Source: Paraspadella gotoi
Lineage: Eukaryota > Animalia > Chaetognatha
Reading direction: 5' to 3'
Length of the DNA stretch: 64,000 nt
NCBI GenBank assembly: GCA_051294375.1
Contig: CM119266.1
Span: 19,541,657 to 19,605,656 of the forward strand
In this document: positions 25,435 to 38,577 of the stretch, piece by piece
Numbering within the stretch: position 1 is the stretch's first letter
Layout of the letters: the number at the start of each line of letters is the position of its first letter
The notes under the pieces: model-generated
What the model was told of the DNA's origin: nothing
Seen by the model: only the letters and a program-made list of their open reading frames with translations
Databases searched by the model: none
Position numbers and translations under genes: made by a program

Positions 25435-28341
25435 AAGAGAGATTGAATCTAAAGGCTCCATTCCTACTCCGTCCTTGGACTCAAGGGTATCGAATTGTGC
25501 CATTATCTCCCGGCGAAGGAGACCTCCGTCCACGTGCGGGACCGAAATTCCGCCTTTTTTATTATTATTATTGTTTCTTCTGTTTTAGATTTTAAGCTAT
25601 AGCGTTTTCTAATTGGTCTATTTAAAATAATTCCTCTTCCTCCTTTTTGCTCTTTTCTTAATGGGAAATTCGAAAAGATGATTCTTACACGGGTCCTTTT
25701 TTTTTTTCAACGAAGTTTGTTTCTTATCTTACTGTTCACCGACAGACAGACGACTATTATTACTCTATTATGAATTTTTTTTTCTCACTTGGCTATTTTT
25801 ACATATGCACATTATTATATTAGTATATTAGTAAGTAATCGTCGTCATCTCATGTCTCCTGAAAGATACACATTGAGAAGCGGCGTTATTACATTCTTTC
25901 TCTCACTCTCTCTCATACCTGAAGGTGAGGTGACAACCCACGACGACTGCGCGCTCCCACAACGGAGCATAAAGACGTGGGATCGTTGAGGACGGCATCC
26001 AAAGCGCAGAGACGAAGGCACGAATCCTCGCCTCTCTCTATTTGATGACTGCGACGAAAACGACGACGACAAACGCTAATGGTGGACTTTGGATTCAGAG
26101 GTGGAATGAATTATTCATCGATTGTCGAATTCCTCTCTTTCGCACGGGGAGGATTTTTCTGTGGCCCCTAAAGAGAGGCAATCTCCTTTTCTTTTCTTTT
26201 CTTTTTACTTATAAAGAAAAGAAATCACTTTTCTCTATCTCTCTCTCTATCTCTGGGGTTCCCGGAAACAAACCATCCTGTTCCTGTTTTTTTTTATTCA
26301 ATTAAAACAGTATATTGAAATATTATATCACTTTCTTGATAAGAAAACCTGGCACTCTTGGATTAAATAAACTAGACTATCAGAGACTTGATTGAAAACC
26401 ACCATAGCCTTGTCAAAGTCACGGGAAAGATAGCTAATTTATTAAATCAATTGATATTTTTAATATTGCTGGTAACAATTCCACACTTTATTCGGACGGT
26501 TGGATATTGATGGGTGTATTAGATTAAATATTATCATTTGATGTAAATTAAATTGTTAATTTTTAATTTTAAAACACTTAGATTTAATGAGTTTTCCACT
26601 TCATTGATGCAAACTGTTCTATATATTTGTTAGGGATCACTAGTGGCTGGAATGCGTTTGGGCCATTCTCTTTCAGTTGCAGTCATCGTCTCGTTTCTGC
26701 GCGTGAAGAAAGTGGGAAGCAAAAACTTTTCTTCTAACATTTTTATCGATTTTTTTTTCTTCCTGACGAAGAATTCATCAGAATCCTGATTTTAAGGGGA
26801 GGATGGTTGAGGGCGCGATTAGAGTGAAAGAAAACTTGAAACGCCATGGACCCATATTGCCAAGATTTAAAGAAACTAAGATATATCTAATAAAAAAAAT
26901 AGTAAATCTAAAATAACTTTTAAAATCTTAATATAAAAAAAAATCCGGGTTTTGGTAATTTGTTTCATTAGATAAGAAAATAAACATGTTTATTCATGTT
27001 TAATAATATAATGAACACAAGTATCTAAAACTGATATGGAAAAAAGAGGGATTTTAATTGCCTTGAGTCTAAATAAACTGCTAAAATGTATGACAATAAT
27101 AAGGGACTAAGTGGCAGAGACTTTTTGTAGACTTGTTTTCCCAAGAATATCTATTGAACAATTAATCTTTATTAGTCACGTCTTCTTAGCTTGTTTTTCA
27201 AAATAAAAAAAATAACTAGCATCGTCAAAGACTTATCTGATTGATCTTAAGTCTAAATTTTATAAAAACCTGAAATATACTGCAAGTATTTTAAATTAGA
27301 GAGACAACAATGGATGAAAAAGTAAGCATTGAATCCAAATTATAATTGCCATCAACTCAATCCTAAAGCAAAGTCAAACTTCGCTCGAACTCCCGAAGCC
27401 ACGTGTTCTTGGTTCCCCCCCCCACCAAGTTATACCAAACCTTTTTTTTCTCCTACCCTCACTCCTTTTTTTCTTTTACTCCCTTCACTTCATCCCATTT
27501 CGATGTCAACTCTCTCTTTTCACTCTCTCTCAATCCCACTCCTATTCATAAGGGCGTTCAACTTTGAATAAACCATTATGATTCTCTGCTAATGAAGGTC
27601 GAACCCAAAAAGGAGGCTTTTCCTGGTTCCGCAGTTTTCCCTTCTTTCGTCTTCCTCACCTCTTTTGTCCGTCCCGTGTCCCTTTGTCCGTGTCCCATTC
27701 GGAAAGAGTCGATTCATTTTTCTTCACATCCGTGACTCAATCCATCGATCCAGATCACATTGTAGAACTGGTCCGGCATTTATAAGCTTTAATCTAGGGA
27801 AATCAGTGAAACATGACGTTGAATACGCAAATACACGAGAATGAAATGAGATAAGATTGACCTTGTCTTTGGGTCAGAGAAGTTGACATTCTCTTCCTGA
27901 AGACGTTCCTTCGCCTATTATTGATTATTGAATATCGACTGTAAATTAAATTGTCTCAAGATTTCCGATAAACCGATAAAACGCTGAAGCGTCTCTCACG
28001 ACCGGAACGACTACCGCAAACTTTGTCACAAAAACCTCAATCAATACCGAGAAGGAAAGAAGAGAAAGAAAGAAAAAAGGGAAAAAAAAAATAGAAGTTG
28101 GAGAATAAAAAATAGAAAGAACAAACTGAAAAAGAAAGTAAAGAAATAAAAAAAAAAAGAAGTTGGAGAATAAAAAATAGAAAGAACTGAAAAGTAAAGT
28201 AAAGAAAAAAAAGAAGAGAAAAAAACGGATATTAGAGAGATGTAACGTTGTGTCGTGTTTATGAACGGCAGTACGTTTCAAATGTCAATAAACTATAACG
28301 ATAATCATTAGTAGGCCTCACAAAAATGGAGGAAATCACGC

Positions 28342-28386
<45 letters not shown>

Positions 28387-30337
28387 AAAATTTACAATAA
28401 TTATTATCCCGCTTCTATGTGCCTTTAATCTCATAAATAAAATAAAAATCCGTTGTCTCTGATGGTCGAATCATTGGTTCGTCTCTCCATTTTCTTTATT
28501 CTTTGACGACTCAGCGTTTGCCCGGCGAATCTAATGATGACGTGGCTTGTGGCGAGCGTTCGAGGTGTTTTCATGTGACGCCACCGCATGGCGCGTTCGC
28601 CAACTACCTACGCCACTCCTTCGAAACCTACCCAGCGGAATCCCGGTTAGTCTCTGCTACGGAATGGAGAATTCTGGGAAAAATCACGTTCGGATTGGAA
28701 ACATGGTCGTGCAATAGTATGAACTAGGAGGCGAATTCAGAGAGTAACATTCTTGTTGCCTGATAATAATGATTCATTTGAAGAACATGAACAGAAAAAA
28801 AAAGATTTTAAGGAAGGGAAAGAACAAGTTACTTAGATTATTGATTATTATAACCCAAAATTTGAAATTCTTACCCGATTGAGGCTGGATATCTGAGAAT
28901 TGAGAAATTGTGATTTAAAGCTCTTTGACTGTCGTTATGTTAGGAACGGAAAGGCGCGTGTATCTGCAATGAAAAATGGTTTTCGCGCTTGCGATGCGTG
29001 CGATTGCAACAGCAAACGCATAAATAATGACAAACACAAAAAAATAAGACAAAATCGAATAGGATGACGAGAAAAGAGGACGGAACTCCGCTAATAAATG
29101 CCGCGTCTCTCATCACGTGCATTTCCCATTTGTTTTTCGTCGCGTGTCAGCGTTTGTCGTAAAAGTGACCCCTTTGGTCCAGAGTCGTGGGCGCGGTTGA
29201 ATCAACTGTGCGGCGGGAGTGCTAGAAATAAAGGCGTTAGTGTAACACTGAGGGAAAATGAATTGACTGCTGCTGTTTTGGGCGTCGTCTTCGACATCGA
29301 TGATGACAAACGTATGGAGGCGGCGGCGGCGGCGGCGGCGGCGGCAGCGGGAGGCGTTTCCGCTGTCAATGGAAGGCTGCCTTCAAGAAAAAGTCATCCT
29401 TGCAATTAGAAAGAAACTTGTTAAGTCTTCGCCAAAGTCAAAAAAGATTCGAGCTTCGCGCAATTTACGCTATTAGTATGAGACTGTTGAGCAGTTGACG
29501 TCATTTACGACTTTGACTTTTTTGGTACTATTCCTTCTCTTGATAGTTGTTAGCTATATATTAGTCAAATTTGATAATAATATCAAGCTTCTTTTCATTA
29601 TTCTGTATTTGCCTATTTTTTTGGCTGCTTTTGAACACGAGTCAAGACAACTTTGGGGAAAACGTTTTGAATTTAGTCTTAAATTTTTGATTTCTTTAAT
29701 GTTAATTATATAACTAAGTATATAATTTTCCTAATCTAGTCATAAAATTGTTACAGTATCCTTTCAATCAATAAATAAGCCCACTTTGTATATGCTATGG
29801 TGGTTTTTAAGGCTTTCCTCAATATTAGTTCTCCTTTTTTTTTTCATATTAAACGTTTCGAACGGTCGCTGCCGCAATCTCTTTCTCAATTGCCTTTCCT
29901 CGTCAAAGCCTGCCGCACGCAGCAACCTTCACGCGAGGAATTGGCGTTGAAATCCCTCGGCCTCGTCTCCGCCCTTCGCCATAACCGACAATGTCCTTTC
30001 CTTCAAAACAACCGCATTGTGGGGGGGGGGGTGGGAAGGGGAAGTGGAGAACAGACAGAGAGAAGAACAAAAGAGAGTTGACCGTGGTCGTGGGTATTAG
30101 AGCCATTAAAGATATAAAAGGGTGAAAGAGAGGAAGAAATAGAAAAGTAAAAGAGAGGCGGTAGGAAAGGGAAAGAGAAAGACGTCGAGTCACTGAGAGA
30201 AATGAGGCTTTGGAATCTCGACTGCCTCTTAAGCCGTTTTGGCCACCGACTTCGGCCACTTCGACGCCGCTGTCGCCGCCGCCGCTGTCGCCGCCCCCGC
30301 CGCCGCGCAGAACAAGAGGACCAACGGAAACCGCGAT

Positions 30338-30414
<77 letters not shown>

Positions 30415-30430
30415 GTTCCTCAACCCAGAG

Positions 30431-30508
<78 letters not shown>

Positions 30509-30649
30509 TCTTCACTTCCCTCAGCCCAGAGTCTCGACGATTCCAACCCACTGGCCTCTTCTCCGAGACGCCACTCGCTCATTGCGGTTGTTTTCTTTCC
30601 ACTTCACTGATGGCATCCATTATTGCGAGTGTGAGAACTAGACCGCTGC

Positions 30650-30680
<31 letters not shown>

Positions 30681-31796
30681 ACGGAAACCACTTTGCCCCG
30701 CTCCCCCACGAGTCCGCAAAGAAGAACGATGACCGTCAAACGACGAGGAAGCGGAATTCTATCAAAGCCTCAGAGGCTCAAATCTGTAGTCGGAAATTCT
30801 AGTTTGAACAGTCCAGTGTCCACTAATCTCACGAGCTCAGGGGCGTGGAGAGGAGCAGACGCCCTCCACAAAGCCGAGGGGCCCGGACTCTTAGGGGGGC
30901 CCGGGAAAGGCTCATGGGGCTAACAAAATTGATATGATAAATTTTGTCTCTTCAAATGCAAAAACCGTTTAAATGAAAGTCTGAAACTAAGACCGAAACA
31001 TGTCTTATTTTTTAATTAAAAATTTTGTTGTGAAAACAAAGAAAAACTTTTCCTATCTCAGATTTAAAAGCAGCGAAAAAGACAGGGAAAATACAATAAC
31101 GATAAATTTTGTAAAGTATTTTTGTACCACCAGGAAATTTTAAAATACAAACCTAATATAACAATGACTTATTAACAATGAGTTATTTTCAGTATAATTT
31201 CTCGTCTAGAAAGAAGAAAGTCAAATCCATACAACCCTAGATAGATGGCGCGTTTAAGCATTACGTCTCAGGTTTCAGTTCCGCCTTGATGAAACGAGAG
31301 CAAGCTGATTAGTTATGAAGTACGTGAGTCATGAATTGTTCGCCTTTCCATATTTAAAGTTTAAATTAATATTATTTGCTACGTAGTTAAATGTTGCGTA
31401 TTTTTGGATGGAGTTCCGCTGGTTCCGCTTTGATCTTGAGTCCTCAAATCACCCAAATCCACTATTCACATTATGCATTATGTATTATTCACACTATTCA
31501 CATTATCTATATCGGAGAAAGTGGAGTTGTCAACCTGTTCCACCTTATTGGGCAGTGGGCACAATTGCCGCCCTACCTTCAGTTCCTCTTCGCGCCTCTA
31601 CTCCTCTCTCTCTCTTTTCCTTTCTTTTCTCTTCCCATCTTTTCTTTTCTTTTCCTTTTTTTCTTTTCTTATCTTTTTTTTGTTCCTTTTTCTTTTCTTC
31701 TCTTTTCTATTCTCTTCTCTTTTCCTTCCTTAATCCCATGAAAGTGGATATTAGGTTTCTCAGATCTCTTCATCCTTATCCTTCTCTTACTGAGAT

Positions 31797-32001
31797 ATGC
31801 AATATGCAACCCTTTAATGACATTCCTATTCCATCCTATGCAATATGCAACCCTTTAATGACATTCCTATTCCATCCTATGCAATATGCAACCCTTTAAT
31901 GACATTCCTATTCTATCCTATGCAATATGCAACCCTTTCATGACATTCCTATTCTATCCTATGCAATATGCAACCCTTTAATAACATTTTTATTCTATCC
32001 T
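31797..32001. repeat. Tandem repeat, 41-bp unit x ~5
   Basis: tatgcaatatgcaaccctttaatgacattcctattccatcc. Confidence 0.92.
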
Positions 32002-32142
32002 ATTCCTATCCTCACCTATCTGAGCATGAGAACTGAGTAGTGAGTACAGTAGTGAGTACTGTAGTACAGTCCAGATTACAAGCAAATATTGAAACTTAAC
32101 TAGATATGGCGCTTTTCAAAAACTAATTAATCTTTACGAAAC

Positions 32143-32280
32143 TGAACTCTCTCGTGCTCCATGAGACGCTGACCTTCCAAAGGCTCGATCTGTGACCTTT
32201 GGCGATGGGCTGACCTCTGATCCAAATCCTATTGTTTTTCTGATCCCTGAGCTGATTAGCCGCTGCCTGACCTTTGCTCT
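32143..32280. promoter_or_regulatory. Candidate enhancer: cluster of nuclear-receptor half-sites and DR1-like elements
   Basis: TGACCT at 32170, 32193, 32211 and 32268, TGAACT at 32143, TGATCC at 32218 and 32241, all on one strand. Motif evidence only. Confidence 0.4.
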
Positions 32281-32592
32281 GGTCGGTTTGCTTTTCCGCC
32301 ATTTTGGAAATCGCCTCTTGATAAGAAAAAAAAATTCTCAAAATCTTCGATGTAAAGTATTCAATCTATTATTATTAATATGTCCATGGCAATATAACAA
32401 GTTTGGACATACAATACCTAATTCCTAACCGTAATCCCGAACCTCGTCTCTAATTCTAAACCTTTAATAAATTTCCTACTTTATTCTCTAACCCTAAGCC
32501 CAGATTCCTAACCGTAATCTTTAACCAAATCTCTAAACAAATTTCTAACCCCAAGTCCTAATTTCTAACTCAATTCATCAACTTTAAACTGA

Positions 32593-32820
32593 TCTTTAAA
32601 CCTAAAAAAAAATCTTTAAACCTAAAAAAAAAAAACTTAAACCTAAAAAAAAAATCTTTAAACCTAAAAAAAAAAATTTACCTAAAAAAAAAATTTAAAA
32701 CCTAAAAAAAAATCTTTAAAACCAAAAAAAATCTTTAAACCTAAAAAAAAAAAAACCTCTTTAAACCTAAAAAAAATCCTTTAAACCTAAAAAAAAAATC
32801 TTTAAACCTAAAAAAAAACT
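32593..32820. repeat. A-rich tandem repeat (~20-bp unit) inside an R2 element
   Basis: tctttaaacctaaaaaaaaa repeated about 11 times. Confidence 0.85.
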
Positions 32821-32941
32821 AATTTAATTCCGAATTTAAGATGAAATGGGCTCTTTTGGTAAATTAAGACCAAACTTTTTATATATAACCTTTCCTCTGT
32901 CGATAGCAGCGGAACTAATCCGGAGTCAGTCATCAACGGAC

Positions 32942-32978
<37 letters not shown>

Positions 32979-32983
<5 letters not shown>

Positions 32984-33548
32984 GTTTATCTCTCGAGCAC
33001 AGAAGAGGTTTTTAATCTCATCTCTCCTCTCGTGTAAAACATGTGCAGCAAAGTGAAAATCCTTGTTCTTTTATGTCTCGCTCCAAAGCACAATATTGGT
33101 TTTTCTAAATGGACAACATTTCATCAAGGGCGACCATTTATTATCCAATTTTCGTCGTTGCGTCGTCGTCGTTGTCGTCGTCCGTCGTCGTCGTCGTTAT
33201 CGTCGGCTCCGCGGCCCGAGCTCCACGTTATCCCGTCCGGGCTCAATCGACAACGACGCTTCTACCACCCTTCTGATCATGCGCTACCTTTGATTGACTT
33301 TTTCGAAGGGGTTGTAATCCACTCCTGGTTCAAGTCACGCTACAAAAAACCGCCCGCTTTTTACTCCTCTTCGCCAACCCCTGGTAACCGGTCGCCGACA
33401 GTGCCATAAAAGATTCCCGTGCGTTGAAAACATTTCATAAAACAGAATAAAAAGCCAGGGAAATAAACAATTTATTAAAAATCGCTGGACGCGAGAGAGG
33501 GAGGTGGAGAGAGAGAGAGAGAAGAGGAGAGAGAGAGAGGAGAGAGAG

Positions 33549-33584
<36 letters not shown>

Positions 33585-36500
33585 GTTTAGATAAATAACC
33601 ATTTACTTTTTCTATTTTTTCTTTAAAGACTAAGAAATCAAAGTCCAATGAAACATTGTCCGTTGTCCCATTCAGTTCATTACGTGTTAGTAATTGTTTT
33701 TATTAACATTTTAGGCGCAGGATTTATTTCAAAAAAGTATTCTCATAGGCCAAATCTTCCAAATAAACAGAGAGGAAAGTGATGCTCCAATTACATTGGT
33801 AAATTAATATAATAAAACATAAACAAAAAGTCAGGGGCAAGTAGCTCAATTTATTATGATTGGATAATTTTATATTTTGGTTGTACAAATTTTCAATAAG
33901 AAAGAAAATACCGTAAAACGTTAGAAAAAAAAGGTTTTTTCTTTATTTTTTTTTTTCTTTTTTATCTTCTTTTTTTTCGGGAGAAAAGATTTTTTGTGCG
34001 TTAATCTTCTCTCTTCGACGATGCCTTTTTATTTGTCAGACATTAGTCTTCCTTTGTGACGCAGCGGAGAAAGAGCGGCGCGACGTCTTGGAGCAGGTGG
34101 AGAGGTGGAAAAAGGAAAGGGGTCGCCATTTATAATTTAGTTAAAATGCTGCTCGAAATACTTACTAACCAAATTTTACCTGATATGGTAAAATTCAAGG
34201 TTAAAGATATTTAGGAGATATTTAACATAAAGTGTGCGGGAATATAAAGCTATACAGAAATAAGAAAATGCGAGTGTGATGAAATCAAGAGAAAAAAAAA
34301 AGCGAATGTACAATTAAGCGTCGAAAAAAACGGGTAAGAATGGAAAGAGTGAGACAGTGAGATGAACTGGAGAAAAGGGGCAGAGTGAAAGAGTGAGACA
34401 GTGAAATAAACTGGAAGAAAAGGCCAGAGTGAAAAGTGGTGAGACACTGAAATAAACTGAGAAAGGAGGGCCAGTGAAAAAGAGTGAGACGTGAAATGAA
34501 CTGGAGCAAAAGGGGCAGCATGGAAAAGAAGTGAGAACAGTGAAATGAACTGGTGAGAGATAAGCACGAAAAAAACCATTCATTCTTCCGAAAAGGTTGG
34601 GAGAGAAAAAAGATTCAAGCTGAAGAGAGAAGAGACGGGGATTGGAAGAGAACGATAGAGATGGAGTCCATCGGGGAATGAAGGAGAGAAGGAGAGAAAA
34701 TGAAGAGAATGTAGAGATGAGTCATGGGAAGAGAATAGAAGAGAGAAAATGGAAGAGATACGATAGAGATGGAGTCATGGGGAGAGGATAGAAGAGAGAA
34801 AAATGGATTGAGAAGATTAGAGATGGAGTCATGGGGAAGAGGATAGAAGAGAGAAAATGGAGAGAACGATAGAGATGGGAGTCATGGGGAAGAGGAAAAA
34901 AGAGAGAAAATGAGATAACGATAGAGATGAGTCATGGGGGAAAGAGAATAGAAGAAGAGAAATGGAGAGAATGAATAGAGATGGAGTCCCCATGGGAAGA
35001 GAGATAGAAGAGAGAAAGGAAGGAACGATAGAGATGGAGTCTATGGGGAAGATGATAGAAGAGAGGAAAATGGCCGGAGAATGATAAGAGATGGAGTCAT
35101 GGTGGAAGAGAAATAGTAAGAGAGAAAATAGAGAGAATAGATAGAGATGAGTAATGTGGGAAGAGGATAGATAGAGAGAATGGAGAGAAGATAGAAGATG
35201 GAGTCATGGGGAAGAGGATAGAAAGAGAAAATTGGAGAGAATGATAGAGATGGTCATCGGGGAGAGGATAGAAGAAAGAAAATGGAGAGGAACTGATAAG
35301 AGATGGAGTCAATTGGGGAAGGTAGGATCAGAAGAGAGAAATTGTGAGGAGAATGATAAGAGATGGAGTCATGGGGAAGAGGAGAGAAAGAGAGAAAAAT
35401 GGATGAGAATGATAGAGATGGAGTCGATGGGGAAGGGAAAAGAAGAGAATCTAAGGAAAAAAAAGAAATTGAATTGAAAGAGACTATAATTACTAATAAT
35501 ATTTATTAAAGGAAATAGGAGCTTAATTTATTGAAATTAAATAGACGATTTTTTTATACTGGTTTAGATCCAAATTTCGTGATAATAAATGACGTTAGGA
35601 TTGGTAAAAACAGACTGTTTCGATTATAAGCCCGCCTCCAAGTAGGTGTGGCGAAAGAGAAGGCGGGAAAACCGAGGAGGATAAAAAAGTAAAAATAGTG
35701 GATTCGTTTTGGGGCTGACTTGGCTGGTTTTTTTTTTTTGGTCGGCGCACGCGCGGACCGCAGCCGAGCCGTTGGGTGGAGGAAGAAGAGGAAGATGTGG
35801 GGAGAGAAGAGNNNNNNNNNNNNNNNNNNNNNNNNNAAAAAAAAAAAAAAACAGCCAAGTCAGCCCCAAAACGAATCCCACTATTTCTACTTTTTTATCC
35901 TCCTTCGGTTTTCCGCCTTCTCTTTCGCCAACTACTTGGAAGGCGGGCTTATAATCGAAACAGTCTGTTTTACCAATCCTTAACGTCATTTATTATCACG
36001 AAATTGGTACAACCAGTATAAAAAAATCGTCTATTTATTCAATAAATAAGCTTCCTTTTCCTTTAATAAATATATTAGTATAATTATAGTCTTCTTTCAA
36101 TCAATTTTCTTTTTTCTTAGTTCTCTTCTTTTCCCTTCCCCATGACTCCATCTCTATCATTCTCTCCATTTTTCTCTCTTTTCTCTCCTCTCCCCATGAC
36201 TCCATCTCTATCATTCTCTCACAATTTCTCTCTTCTATCCTCCCCCCATGACTCCATCTCTATCGTTCCTCTCCATTTTCTTTTCTTCCTATCCTCTCCG
36301 CCGTGACCTCCTCTAATCATTCTCTCTCAATTTCTCTCTTTCTATCCTCTTCCCCATGACTCCATCTTCTATCTTCTCTCCATGTTCTCTCTCTATCCTC
36401 TTCCCCAATTACTCCATCTCTATTCAATCTCTCTATTTGTTCTCTCTTATATTTCTCTTCACCCATGACTCCATCTCTTCATCATTCTCGCCATTTTCTC

Positions 36501-37983
36501 TCTTCTATCTCTTCCCCATGGACTCCATTCTATGTTCCTTCCTTTCTCTCTTCTATCCTCTTCCCATGGGACTCCATCTCTATTCATTCTCTCCATTTCT
36601 CTTCTTCTATTCTTCTTTCCCCCATGACCATCTTATCGTTATCTCATTTTCTCTCTTTTATTCTCTTCCCCATGACTCCATCTCTATCGTTCTCTCCATT
36701 TTCTCTCTTCTATCCTCTTCCCCATGATCCTCTCATCGTTCTATCTTTTTCTCTCCATCCTTCCATACTCCATCCTGTTCTCTCATTCTCCTCATTCTCT
36801 TCCCATGACTCCATCTCTATCGTATCTCTTCATTTCTCTCTTCTATTCTCTTCCCCATGACTCCATCTCTATCATTCTCTTCATTTTCTCTCTTCTCTCC
36901 TCTTCCCCATGACTCCATCTCTATCGTTCTCTCCAATCCCCCGTCTTCTCTCTTTCAGCTTGGAATCTTTTTTCTCTCCCATCCTTTTCGGAAGAATGAA
37001 TGGTTTTTTCGCTTATCTCTCACCAGTTCATTTCACTGTCTCACTCTTTCCATGCTGCCCCTTTTCTCCAGTTCATTTCACTGTCTCACTCTTTTCACAC
37101 TGCCCCTTTTCTCCAGTTTATTTCAATGTCTCACACTTTTCACTCTGCCCCTTTTCTCCAGTTTATTTCACTGTCTCACTCTTTTCACTCTGCCCCTTTT
37201 CTCCAGTTCATCTCACTGTCTCACTCTTTCCATTCTACCCGTTTTTTCGACGCTTAATTGTAATTCGCTTTTTTTTTTCTCTTGATTTCATCAACTCCAT
37301 TTTCTTATTTCTGTTAGTTTATATTCCCGCACATTTTATGTTTAAATATCTCCTTAAATATCTTTAACCTATGAATCTTTAAATATTAGGTAAAATTTGG
37401 TTTAGTAAGTATTTTCGAGGCAGCATTTTAACTAAATTATAAATGGCGACCCCTTTCCTTTTTCCACCTGCTCCACCTGCTCCAACGTCGCGCCCTCTTT
37501 TCTCCGCTGCGTCCACAAAGGAAGACTAATGTCTGACAAATAAAAAGGCATCGTGAAGAAGAAGAAGATTAACGCACAAAAAATCTTCTCCCGAAAAAAA
37601 AGAAGATAAAAAAGAAAGAAAAAATAAAGAAAAAAAACCTTTTTTTTCTACGTTTTACGGTATTTTCTTTCTTATGAAATTTGTACAACCAATATAAAAA
37701 TTATCCAATCATTTAATAAATGAGCTATCTTGCCCCTGACTTTTTGTTTTATGTTTTATTATTATTAATTTACCAATTAATTGGAGCATCATTTCCTCCT
37801 CTGTTTATTTTGGAACGATTTGCCTATGAGAATACTTTTTGATAAATCCTGCGCCTAATGTTAATAAACAACAATACATAACACGTAATGAACTGAATGG
37901 GACAACGGACAATGTTTCATTGGACTTTGATTTCTTAGTCTTTAAAGAAAAAATAGAAAAGTAAATGGTTATTTATCTTAAAC

Positions 37984-38042
<59 letters not shown>

Positions 38043-38335
38043 TCCCTCTCTCGCGTTCCAGCGATTTATAATAAATTGTTTATTTCCTGCTTTTTTATTT
38101 CTGTTTTATGAAATGTTTTCAACGCACGGGAATTTTTATGGCACTGTCGGCGACGGTTACAGGGGTGGCGAGAGGAGTTAAAAGCCGGGGGTTTTGTATC
38201 GTGACTTGAACCAGGAGTGATACAACCCTCAGAAAAGTCATCAAGGGTAGCGCAGACAGAAGGGGTGGTAGAAGCGTCGTTGTCGATTGCAGCCCGGACG
38301 GGATAACGGGAGCTCGGGCCGCGGAGCCGACGATA

Positions 38336-38411
<76 letters not shown>

Positions 38412-38577
38412 AATTGGATAATAAATGGTCGCCTTGAAATGTTGTCCCATTTAGAAAACCATATTGTCTTTGGAGCCGAGACATAAAAGACAAGGATTTC
38501 ACTTTGCTGCACATTTTTTACACGAGAGGAGAGATGAGATAAAAACCTCTTCTGTGCTCGAAGAGATAAACAAAAGA
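32979..38577. repeat. ~2.8-kb inverted duplication centred on a 25-N gap (arms ~32979-35738 and ~35837-38577)
   Basis: The arms are reverse complements throughout, including outer ends ttttgtttatctctcgagcacagaagagg / cctcttctgtgctcgaagagataaacaaaa, with many 1-2 nt indels. Ns at 35812-35836. Confidence 0.92.
36130..37232. repeat. Two pyrimidine-rich minisatellites (~50-bp unit, 36130-36940; ~42-bp unit, 37020-37232), mirrored at 34340-35440
   Basis: Units ttccccatgactccatctctatcattctctccattttctctcttctatcctc and ccagttcatttcactgtctcactcttttcactctgccccttttct. Confidence 0.88.
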
